Source of the DNA: Polyangia bacterium
GTDB taxonomy: Bacteria; Myxococcota_A; Polyangia; Nannocystales; Nannocystaceae
Assembly: GCA_030430565.1 (NCBI GenBank)
Contig: JAUIKS010000004.1
Span: forward strand, 461,992-473,707
Length of the DNA stretch: 11,716 nucleotides
Reading direction: 5' to 3'
This document shows, piece after piece, positions 1 through 7,800 of the stretch; the stretch's first letter is position 1, and every line of letters begins with the position of its first letter. A program made the translations under genes and the position numbers. The notes below the pieces were generated by a model. The model was not told the DNA's origin, did not search any database, and saw nothing but the letters and a program-made list of their open reading frames with translations.

Positions 1-1920
1 GGTGCGGGGCTTGAGCCGGGGGAGCATCGCCATCTGGGCGCGGCTCTCGATCTGGAACACGCCCACGGTGTCGGCGCGGCGGCACATCGCGTAGGTCTCG
101 GGATCCTCGGCGGGGATCGTCGCCATCTCGAGCGCCACGCCCTCGTGCTCGCGGATCAGCTCGAGGCAGCCGTGCACGTGGGTGAGCGCGCCGAGGCCGA
201 GCAGGTCGACCTTAAACAGCCCGAGGTCCTCGACGTCGTTCTTGTCCCACTGGATCACGGTGCGCCCCGGCATCGCGGCGGGCTCGATCGGCACGAGCGT
301 GTCGACCGGCTCGGCGCCGATCAGGAAGCCGCCGGGGTGGGTCGCGGTGTGCCGCGGGAAGCCGAGCAGCTCGGCGGTCAGGCGGAGGAAGTGCTCGACG
401 CGCGCGCGGCTGTCTGAACCGCCATGTTGTTTTTGATCGCGGCCCTCGGGGTCGAGCAGGCCGGCCTCCGCGAGCGCGTCGGGGCGCAGCTCGCCGCCGT
501 AGCCGTCGTGCAGCCGCGCGGCGCGGTCGAGCGCGGCCGCCGGGATCTCGAGGACCTTGCCGACCTCGCGGATCGCCGAGCGCGGGCGGTAGCGGATGAC
601 GGTGCTGACCATCGCCGCGTGACGTCGTCCGTAGCGCCGGTAGACGAACTGGATGACCTCCTCGCGCCGCTGGTGCTCGATGTCGAGGTCGATGTCGGGG
701 GGCTCGGCGCGCTCGCGGCTGATGAAGCGCTCGAACAGCAGGTCCATGCGCACCGGGTCGATCGCGGTGATCCCGAGGCAGTAGCAGACCGCGGAGTTGG
801 CCGCGCTGCCGCGGCCCTGGCAGAGGATGCCCTCGCGCCGGCAGAACTGGACGATCTCCCACATCGTCAGGAAGTAGCCGCCGTAGTCGAGCTCGCGGAT
901 CAAGGCGAACTCGCGCTCGAGCTGGGCCATGACGTCGCCCGGGATGTCGCCGCCGTAGCGGACGCGCGCGCCCTCGAGGGTCAGCGCGCGCAGCCGGCCG
1001 GCGCTGACGCTGGCGTCGCCACCTGCGTCCTCGGGCAGGTCGCTGGCGGGGTAGCGGTAGCGCAGCTGGTCGAGCGTGAACTCGCAGCGCGCGGCGATCT
1101 CGAGGGTGCGCGCGAGCGCCTCGGGGTCGTCGGCGAACAGCGTGCGCATGGCGGCGGGCGACTTGAGGTCGTGCTCGGCGTTCCCGCGGATCGCGTCGCC
1201 GGCGGCGCTGAGCGTTCGGCCGCGGCGGATGCAGCTCAGGACGTCCTGCAGCGGGCGGCGGGCGGCGTCGTGGTAGAGGACCTCGACGCCGGCGACCACG
1301 GGCACGCCGAGGCGCGCCGCGGCGGCTCGCAGCTGGCGCTCGCGGGAGCGCTCGCGGGCGGCTTGGTGACGCGCGCACAGGGCGTAGAGCGCCGGCGGTC
1401 GGTTCGCGGGCTCGCGCTCGCGCTGGGACGAGGCGAGCGCGGCGAGCAGCTCGGGGTCGCGGCACAGCGTGATCAGCCCGGGGGCGCGCGTCGTCGCCAT
1501 GACGTCGCCGAGGCTGACGCGGGACTGGCCCTTGGGGGAGCGCAGGCGCCCGCGCGAGAGCAGCTGACAGAGGCGGCCGTAGCCGGCGCGGGTCTCGGCG
1601 AGCAGGACGAGCTCGCGGTCGTCGTCGCTGGCCAGCGGCGCGGGCGGGTCGTGATCTACATCTGGCTGAAGAAGCAGGTTGTCGGCGGCGCCGGGATCCG
1701 CGGGCGCGCCGACGGTGACCTGGGCGCCGAGCAGCAGCGTGAGGCCGAGCTCGCGGGCGCGGACGTGGGCGCGCACGAGGCCGTGCACGCCGTCGCGGTC
1801 GGTGATCGCGAGCGCGGGCAGGCCGAACTCGTGGGCGCGCTCGACCAGCTCCTCGGGGTGCGAGGCGCCCTCGAGGAAGGAGAAGTTGGTCTTGACCCAC
1901 AGGGGCGCGTAGCTGGTCAC
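1..1920 (-). CDS. dnaE2: Error-prone DNA polymerase III alpha-subunit paralogue DnaE2 (ImuC), N-terminal ~640 codons. The gene continues beyond the window start, so the C-terminal part is missing.
   Basis: The minus-strand translation from GTG at 1918-1920 reads TSYAPLWVKTNFSFLEGASHPEELVERAHEFGLPALAITDRDGVHGLVRAHVRARELGL, the conserved PHP-domain N-terminus of DnaE2. At the window edge the same frame reads VFQIESRAQMAMLPRLKPRT, the FQxESRG-like Pol III alpha motif, so the frame is continuous over ~1.9 kb. It sits directly downstream of imuA-imuB, the classic cassette order. It is absent from the ORF track because no stop falls inside the window. Confidence 0.85.
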   Translation of the reverse strand, partial: MTSYAPLWVKTNFSFLEGASHPEELVERAHEFGLPALAITDRDGVHGLVRAHVRARELGLTLLLGAQVTVGAPADPGAADNLLLQPDVDHDPPAPLASDDDRELVLLAETRAGYGRLCQLLSRGRLRSPKGQSRVSLGDVMATTRAPGLITLCRDPELLAALASSQREREPANRPPALYALCARHQAARERSRERQLRAAAARLGVPVVAGVEVLYHDAARRPLQDVLSCIRRGRTLSAAGDAIRGNAEHDLKSPAAMRTLFADDPEALARTLEIAARCEFTLDQLRYRYPASDLPEDAGGDASVSAGRLRALTLEGARVRYGGDIPGDVMAQLEREFALIRELDYGGYFLTMWEIVQFCRREGILCQGRGSAANSAVCYCLGITAIDPVRMDLLFERFISRERAEPPDIDLDIEHQRREEVIQFVYRRYGRRHAAMVSTVIRYRPRSAIREVGKVLEIPAAALDRAARLHDGYGGELRPDALAEAGLLDPEGRDQKQHGGSDSRARVEHFLRLTAELLGFPRHTATHPGGFLIGAEPVDTLVPIEPAAMPGRTVIQWDKNDVEDLGLFKVDLLGLGALTHVHGCLELIREHEGVALEMATIPAEDPETYAMCRRADTVGVFQIESRAQMAMLPRLKPRT

Positions 1921-1953
1921 GACGGTCGCTCGCTTCGCGATAAGTAGAGGTGC

Positions 1954-3663
1954 TCAATCGACCAGGCCGTGCCAGAACCAGCGGTCGCGCGGGCGGTCGT
2001 AGAAGATCCACATCAGCGCGCCGTGGGCGGTCTCGGCGTAGTAGTAGTCGCGCTCGACGGTCCGCGCCCACCAGCCGCCGCTGACGCGGAACGGGCCGTG
2101 CAGGCGGCGCACGGTCGTCATCTTGGGCGCGTATGTCTTCGGGGACTTGTCGTCACCCGCGGCCGGAGCGGCGCTCGCGGGGCGCTCGCGGGGCGCTCGC
2201 TGCGGGACGCGCCAGGGGAGATGATCCTCGGGCGGCGAGGGCAGGGGCAGCGGGCGCGCGAACACCCGGCGCAGCAGCGGCGCGCCCTGCAGCGGATCGT
2301 GATCGTTGGCCGGCCAGGGATCGGGGGGCGGCGCCGGGCGAGCGCGCGGCAGCCGAGTCGTCTGCTCCCAGGTGAAGCGCGCCTCGGGGAGGTGGGCGTC
2401 GCGCAGGCGCGCGCGCGTCACGGCGTGGTCGCCGAAGGCCGCGCGCAGACGGGCGAGCGCGGCCGCGGCGGCCTCGGGATCGCGGCGCGGACGTTGCCCC
2501 GGGAGCAGGTTGACCTGGGCGCCGCGTCGCCGCTCGCGCTCGCCGGTCAAGGTCATCGCGCGCACCGGCGCCGGGAAGCCGCCGCGGCTCGCTCGCTCGC
2601 CGAGGCGCAGGCGGATCAGGTCCACGAGCTTGAGGAGGTCGCGCGTGGGGGCGGCGGGCGTGATCTCGAGGCGCGAGGGATCGTGCGGGCGATCGGGATC
2701 GCCGGGCGCGCCGTCGAGTGACTCGATGGCCATGTCGAATTCGAAGTCGATCGTCAGCGATCGCAGCGCGTCCTGCTGGCTCTCGCCGCGCGCGTCGAGG
2801 CGCGCGAGCAGGGCGGCGAGCGCCTCCTTGAGGATGAAGAGCAGGCGCTCGTGGTGATCGTCGGGCGGATCGACGACGCGGCTCAGCACGAGGGGATCGA
2901 GCAGCTCGGCCGGGGTCAGCGGGTCCCAGGTCTGCCCGTTGGCGCGGGCGTGCAGCTCGGCGGCGGCGCGCCCGAAGCGGAGCCGCAGCGCGGGCGCGGG
3001 CAGGGCGAGGAAGTCGCCGAGCGTGCGCACGCCGAGCGGCGCCAGGGTCTCGCGCAGGCGCGGCGGGAAGTCCTCGCGCGGCAGGCTGGCGAGCGGCACG
3101 CGGGCGAGCGCGGCGCGCTCCTGCGCGGGGCCCTCGAGCAGCCAGACGTCCTGCTCGGCTCGCGGCGCGCGGCTGCGGTCCTGCGCGACCGCGAGGCTGG
3201 CGAAGCGCGAGAAGCCGATGACGATCGTCGCCGAGAGTTCGAGCTCGCGGACAACCTCGAGGGTCTGGCGCCCCCAGGTCTCGAGATCGCCGAACAGCCG
3301 CTCGAGGCCGCCCGGGTCGAGCCAGAAGACGCCGGGTCGCGCCGCGCTGGGCTCGACCCGCGGCGAGCAGCGCTGCAGCGCGCTGAGGAGCTGCGCGTGG
3401 GCGTCGGCGAGCTCGTCGGCGGAGACCGTGGCGGCGCGCAGCTCCGGGACCAGGCTGCAGGCGGCGGCGTAGCGCGCCCCGGGGTGCACGCGGGCGCGAC
3501 GCGCCGCCGCGTTGGCCCAGCGGACCACGCCCTGGGGACCCAGCTTGTCGATCACGACCGCCGGGCGCCCGCGCCACGCCGGGCGTCGCTTCAGCGCGAG
3601 CTGGAGCGGCAGGGCGGGCAGCGCGAGGCAGGCGACGCGCGTGACCTGGGCGGCGGTCGGCAT
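1954..3663 (-). CDS. imuB: ImuB, the Y-family (DinB-like) polymerase paralogue of the imuA-imuB-dnaE2 mutagenesis cassette.
   Basis: This is the track ORF 1954..3924 on the minus strand. It has Y-family features: N-terminal VACLALPALPLQLALKRRP...PAVVI, PGVFWLDPGGLERLFG, and the C-terminal RDYYYAE...WIFYD...WFWHGLVD module typical of ImuB. I place the start at ATG 3661-3663 (MPTAAQVTRVACLALP...). The upstream 87 codons of the track ORF are low-complexity (ATATATATTNTTTNTTST), overlap imuA in another frame and cover a 12-bp microrepeat. The stop is TGA at 1954-1956. Confidence 0.8.
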   Translation of the reverse strand: MPTAAQVTRVACLALPALPLQLALKRRPAWRGRPAVVIDKLGPQGVVRWANAAARRARVHPGARYAAACSLVPELRAATVSADELADAHAQLLSALQRCSPRVEPSAARPGVFWLDPGGLERLFGDLETWGRQTLEVVRELELSATIVIGFSRFASLAVAQDRSRAPRAEQDVWLLEGPAQERAALARVPLASLPREDFPPRLRETLAPLGVRTLGDFLALPAPALRLRFGRAAAELHARANGQTWDPLTPAELLDPLVLSRVVDPPDDHHERLLFILKEALAALLARLDARGESQQDALRSLTIDFEFDMAIESLDGAPGDPDRPHDPSRLEITPAAPTRDLLKLVDLIRLRLGERASRGGFPAPVRAMTLTGERERRRGAQVNLLPGQRPRRDPEAAAAALARLRAAFGDHAVTRARLRDAHLPEARFTWEQTTRLPRARPAPPPDPWPANDHDPLQGAPLLRRVFARPLPLPSPPEDHLPWRVPQRAPRERPASAAPAAGDDKSPKTYAPKMTTVRRLHGPFRVSGGWWARTVERDYYYAETAHGALMWIFYDRPRDRWFWHGLVD

Positions 3664-3696
3664 CGGCGCGCGGGCGGGCGTCAGCGGGATCGTCGA

Positions 3697-3750
3697 GGTG
3701 GTGTTCGTGGTGGTGTTCGTGGTGGCGGTCGCGGTGGCGGTCGCGGTGGC
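3697..3750. repeat. 12-bp tandem microrepeat between the imuA stop and the imuB start: GGTGGTGTTCGT x2, then GGTGGCGGTCGC x2, then a partial copy. On the mRNA it is ACC/ACG-rich.
   Basis: Read directly from the sequence. Four to five contiguous 12-mers with two sub-variants. Confidence 0.8.
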
Positions 3751-3754
3751 GCGC

Positions 3755-4555
3755 TCAGGCGAGACCCCAGGGGCCGCGGCGGCGCTCGGGCGTGAGCGTC
3801 GGCGCCTCGCCCGACTTGTCCTTGAGGACACGCGGCGAGATTTCGAAGCGAAGCCCGCGCGCGTCGGTCTTGTGCACGCGTCGGGGCGCGACGCGGAGGT
3901 TGACGAGGGGTCCAGCGGATTCATGGTGATCGGCTTTCTCCGTCAGGATCACGAGGCGGCTGCTGTGCTGCCGCGCGAGGGTCAGCAGGCGCGCCTGCCA
4001 GGTCGCGCCGCGCCGGCTGCTGCGGGGCGGGGGCGCCTGGCACATGTCGACGACGACGAGGCCGTACGCGCCCGAGCGCAGCAGCAGCTCGGCCGCCCTC
4101 GCCAGCTCGAGCGCCTGAGTCGAGCGCCGCGGCCTGGGGACGTGGACGACGATCAGCGACTCGAGGTCGACGCCCGCCTCCGCCAGGTCGGGCGGGAACA
4201 GCGAGCCGCCGGCGGGCTGCACCCAGGCCGTGGTCTCGAGCTCGCGCTGCGCCTCGCGGACGATCGCGACGGCGGTGCTCATCTTGGCGGAGCCGCTGTC
4301 GCCGGAGAGCTCGACGAGCCGCCCTGGTCGACAGAGCGCGCCGAGGCCGGCGGGCGCGGGCGCGCCGGCTTCGTCCTGCTCTCCCGACCCGGTCTTTTGG
4401 TTCAGATCCTCGGCGACGGCGAGCTTGGCGAGCGCGCGTTTTGTTGTGGTGTTTTCGCGGCGTTCCTCCGCGTGTTGAAGACCGTTCTCCTCCGGCGGCG
4501 AATCCGTCCAAAGTGCGTTGTAATGCGCGTTAGCGCCCAATTTGAGCCCCACCAT
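3755..4555 (-). CDS. imuA: ImuA, the RecA/SulA-fold protein of the SOS mutagenesis cassette.
   Basis: This is the track ORF 3755..4558 on the minus strand. The sequence GRLVELSGDSGSAKMSTAVAIVREAQ...WVQPAGGSLFPPDLAEAGVDLESLIVVHVP...ALELARAAELLLRSGAYGLVVVD is the characteristic ImuA core with a degenerate RecA-like P-loop. It lies immediately upstream of imuB. The start is ATG 4553-4555 (GTG 4556-4558 is also possible) and is preceded by a G-rich SD-like GGGGGGATGGG. The stop is TGA at 3755-3757. Confidence 0.75.
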   Translation of the reverse strand: MVGLKLGANAHYNALWTDSPPEENGLQHAEERRENTTTKRALAKLAVAEDLNQKTGSGEQDEAGAPAPAGLGALCRPGRLVELSGDSGSAKMSTAVAIVREAQRELETTAWVQPAGGSLFPPDLAEAGVDLESLIVVHVPRPRRSTQALELARAAELLLRSGAYGLVVVDMCQAPPPRSSRRGATWQARLLTLARQHSSRLVILTEKADHHESAGPLVNLRVAPRRVHKTDARGLRFEISPRVLKDKSGEAPTLTPERRRGPWGLA

Positions 4556-4578
4556 CACCCCATCCCCCCGACCTGTTG

Positions 4579-4607
4579 AGCATACTGAACTTCAAATCAG
4601 TATCCAA
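4579..4607 (-). promoter_or_regulatory. Putative sigma70-type promoter for the imuA-imuB-dnaE2 operon. On the minus strand, -35 is TTGGAT (plus 4602-4607), then a 17-nt spacer, then -10 TATGCT (plus 4579-4584). The palindrome fills the spacer.
   Basis: The hexamers match consensus 4/6 and 4/6 with optimal 17-nt spacing, in an AT-rich island unusual for this genome. The predicted TSS lies ~13-16 nt upstream of the start codon, just before the SD-like G-run. The operator overlapping -35/-10 is the canonical SOS arrangement. Confidence 0.35.
4583..4602. promoter_or_regulatory. Candidate LexA (SOS) operator: 20-bp palindrome TACTGAACTTCAAATCAGTA of the CTG-N10-CAG type, ~25 nt upstream of the imuA start.
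   Basis: Six-bp perfect inverted arms TACTGA/TCAGTA with the same 5+10+5 geometry as the E. coli SOS box TACTG(TA)5CAGTA. The reverse complement contains GTTCAG, as in reported myxobacterial LexA boxes. It sits in front of a cassette that is LexA-regulated in other bacteria. Confidence 0.45.
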
Positions 4608-4790
4608 GTATCTGTAAGAAAAATTTCAATTAATTCACGCACGGACTCGCGCCGCGGCGCGGCTTCGCGCGCGTCCGGGCGCTATCGCGCCGCGCGGTTT
4701 CGAGAGCGCGCGGGGGCGCGAAAACGTCCCGCGATCAGAGGTGCTTGATTACACATGTTTCTATCAACATGTCTGTTCAAGCTAGTCGTT

Positions 4791-4829
4791 CCTCGCGCGC
4801 GAGGGAGGGCGCGAGCCGCCCGCGCGGGC
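4791..4829 (-). terminator. Two GC-rich self-complementary elements immediately after the multi-kinase stop codon: CCTCGCGCGCGAGG at 4791-4804 and GCCCGCGCGGGC at 4818-4829. Possible weak or U-tract-less terminator.
   Basis: Both perfect palindromes are read from the sequence. No convincing U-tract follows on the minus strand, hence the low confidence. Confidence 0.25.
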
Positions 4830-4834
4830 GCGCG

Positions 4835-7800
4835 TCAGACGGCCTGCTGGGCGCGCGGCGGATCGCTGTCGGGGAGCACCACCGTGAAGGTCGAGCCGCG
4901 CCCCTGCTGGCTCTCGACGTGGATCGAGCCGCCGAGCAGCGCGCACAGCCGCTGGCTGATCGCGAGGCCGAGGCCGGCGCCCCCGTACTCGCGCGTCGTC
5001 GACATGTCCGCCTGCGAGAACTCCGTGAACAGCCGGCCGACGTCGTCGGGCGACATCCCGATCCCCGAGTCGCGGATCTCGCAGGCGAGCTGCTTGCCGC
5101 CCTGCTTCGCGTGCCAGCGGACGTCGAGCTCGATCACGCCGCGGTGCGTGAACTTGGCCGCGTTGCCGAGCACGGCCCGCAGCACCCGGAGCACGCTCGC
5201 GCGATCGGAGTACAGCGCGCCGATGCTCGGCGGGCAGGTCACCTGGAGGTCGTTGTTGTTGCGCTCCAGCTCGTCGGCGACCGAGGCGACGAGCTCGTCG
5301 ACCAAGGGCCGAATCTCGAAGCGCGCGCGGTGCAGCTCGAGCTTGCCCGACTCGAGCTTGGCGAGGTCGAGGACGTCGCTGATGAGCTCGAGCAGCCGCT
5401 TGCCGGCGTCGCCGATGCGCGCGAGGTCCGGCAGCGCGTCCGGGGCCCGCGTCGCGAGGTCCTCGGCGAGGATCTCGCTGTAGCCGATGACCGCGTTCAG
5501 CGGGGTCCGCAGCTCGTGGCTCATGTGGGTCAAGAACGCGCTCTTGAGCCGGCTCGCCTCGAGCGCCTCGTCCCGGGTCGCGCGCATGAAGCGGTTCATC
5601 CGCGAGCTCTCCAGCGCGATCGCGATGTGGTTACACATCGCGACGAGCAGCCGTCGATCCTCCGGCGCGAACAGCCCGCGGACGAGTCGATTGTCGAGGT
5701 AGACGACGCCGATCAGGCGGTCCTGAACCAGCAGCGGCGCGCAGACGATGCTCTTGAGCCCGAGCGCCTCGACGCTCTCGGAGCCCGTGAACTCCGAGTC
5801 GTCGCTGCCGCCCACGACCTTCACCGCGCGCGTCGCGACGACGTGCTCGATCACCGTCGTGCAGTAGCGGTCGTCGCGGTCGAGGTCGCGCCCGCGGCTG
5901 TCGCGGCCCGCGATGCGTCGAAGGTACCCGCCGCCGCGATCGCTCGACTCATCCTCGCTGACGAACAGCAGCGCGCGCTCGGCCCCCATCGCCGAGATCA
6001 GCGCGTCGAGCAACCTACGCGCCTGCGCGCCCACGCCCCCGCTCCCCCGCGCGACGGCGGTGCGGCTGACCTCGAGCAGCGCGTCGAAGCAGCGGTCGAG
6101 CGCGCCGGCGCCCCCGGACGATCGCTGACGCAGCAGCTGGCCCGGCGCGGGCGCGACCTCCTCCGACGTGACGCCCCCGTCTCTGACGCCGCCGCCGCTC
6201 GTGAGGCTCGACGAGCTGAGCCCGATGTCACCTCGCACCTGCAGCGCTGGATCGGCGAGCTCAAACTCCGCCCGGATCCGTCGGGCGCGCGGCGCCCAGC
6301 CTTCATGGTGCGCGAGCTGCAGCGCCGCGCCGGCCTCTCTCCGCGCGGCGGCGGCGTGACCCATCGTCGCAAGCAGGCGCGCGCGCTCGCGGTGAACCTC
6401 GAACTGCGCCCACGGGCTGTCGATGACGAAGGCCGTGCTCTGGGCTCGCCCGAGGAGCTCGACCGCGCGCGCGAAGGCGTCGCTCGCCGCCCCCTCCCGC
6501 GCGCCGTCGAGGCGCAGACGGGCCGCCACGAGCACGCGCTGCTGACACCGCAGCGCGGGCAGGCCGCGAGCGTTGGGTCCCAGGTCCTCCAGCGCGCGGT
6601 CGAGCTCCTCGCGCAGCTGCACCCGCTCTTGGTTGCGCGCCCGGTCGCCGGCGCGATCGAGCGCGGCCTCTAGCAGCGTGAGCCGCTGTCGCGCGCGCAG
6701 GAGCCACATCGGGCGCAGCAGCAGCGGCGTACGCTCGACCGGCAGCCCCGCCGACTCGAGCGCGCGGATCAACACGCCCTCGAGCTCCAGCGCGCCCGTG
6801 AACGCGCCATCCTCGACGAACACGAGCGCGCGCATCAGCGAGTGGAGCGCGCGCAGCGTTCGCCCGACGTCGTGGTCCACGAGCCGCTCGTGCGCGAGCT
6901 CGAAGCGCTCGCGGCTCTCCGCGCTGCGCCCGAGCAGCGCCTCGCAGGCCGCGACCATGCTCGCCACGCCCGCCCGCGGCGGGCGCGTGCGCGTGCGGAG
7001 CCCCGCGCCCGCGCAGCGTCGCCCCGCGCGGAGCATGAAAGACCTGGCCCTGCGTACATGTCCGCGCAGGATCAGGTTCCAGCCGAGCGTCACGTAGCCC
7101 TCGCTCGCGAGCCAGGGATCCACGCGCGCGCCGTAGTCCGCCAGCGCGCGCTCGACCTGGCTCGCGGCGCCGAGCGGGTCTCCGGCGTGCTCCCGCAGCA
7201 GCGCGCCCGTCAGCAGGCTCTCGCCCACGAGCGCGGGATCATCGAGTCGCGCCGCGCCGACCTGGGCGCGCTCGTTGAGCTCCTCCGCGCGGCCGATGTA
7301 GCCGTGGGCCGCCCACGCGCGCGCGGCCGCGTTCTCGAGGCGGACGCGGTCGGGCCCGTCCCCGAGCGCGCGGGCGCTCGCCAGGGCGCGCTTGATCCGG
7401 CTCAGCGCCCGATCGAGGTCGAGCTCCGCGCGGTCGAGCTCGCTCGCCCAGCGACGCAGCGAGACCCCCGCCACGAGCCCCTCACGGCGCTCTCCCGCGG
7501 CCCCGAGGCGGCTCGCGGCCGCCCGCTCGACGGAGCGTCGCAGCCGGCCCACCGCGCCTCGGAGACCCGCGCTCTCGCCCGCGCGCTCCTCCGGCTCCAG
7601 CTCCTCCAGGCCGCGCTTGACGACCGCGCGCGCGGCCGCGACATCGGGCGCGGCCGCGTGCACGCTCGCCAGCTTCGCGCACACCTTCGCGCGCGCCGCC
7701 GGCCGCTCGCGGCGCTCGAGCAGATGGCGGAAGTGCGCCTCGGCCTGGCGGTAGCGATAGGTCCTTTGGCACACGTCCCCGAGGGTCTCGTAGAGGTCTA

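Noticed and set aside
424-1947. 507-aa plus-strand ORF (Ala/Gly/Arg/Asp-rich)
   Set aside because: It is antisense to dnaE2 and has no recognisable motifs. Open antisense frames are expected in DNA of 70% GC or more.
212-2071. 619-aa minus-strand ORF, extremely Arg/Pro-rich
   Set aside because: It lies out of frame over the DnaE2 coding region. The true dnaE2 frame (GTG at 1920) gives clean Pol III alpha motifs. Arg-rich composition is the usual shifted-frame artefact of GC-rich DNA.
3697-3750. CRISPR array (also considered for 10840..11716)
   Set aside because: Both are contiguous tandem repeats with no unique spacers. The second is coding with a period of 48 bp.
2153-3795. Several long ORFs on both strands (2153..3577 minus, 2306..2857 plus, 2851..3795 plus, 2939..3472 plus) overlapping imuB
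   Set aside because: All are out of frame or antisense to the ImuB frame. They have Arg/Ala/Pro-rich low-complexity composition and no motifs.
3664-3924. N-terminal 87-codon extension of the imuB ORF (MNPLDPSS...ATATATATTNTTTNTTST)
   Set aside because: It is low-complexity, overlaps the imuA C-terminus in another frame and covers the microrepeat. ImuB homology begins right after the ATG at 3663. It is kept as a finding only for the open-frame curiosity.
3512-4579. 355-aa plus-strand ORF and 196-aa minus ORF (3921..4511) over imuA
   Set aside because: They are antisense or out of frame relative to the ImuA frame, which shows the conserved ImuA core. The composition is Arg/Gly-rich.
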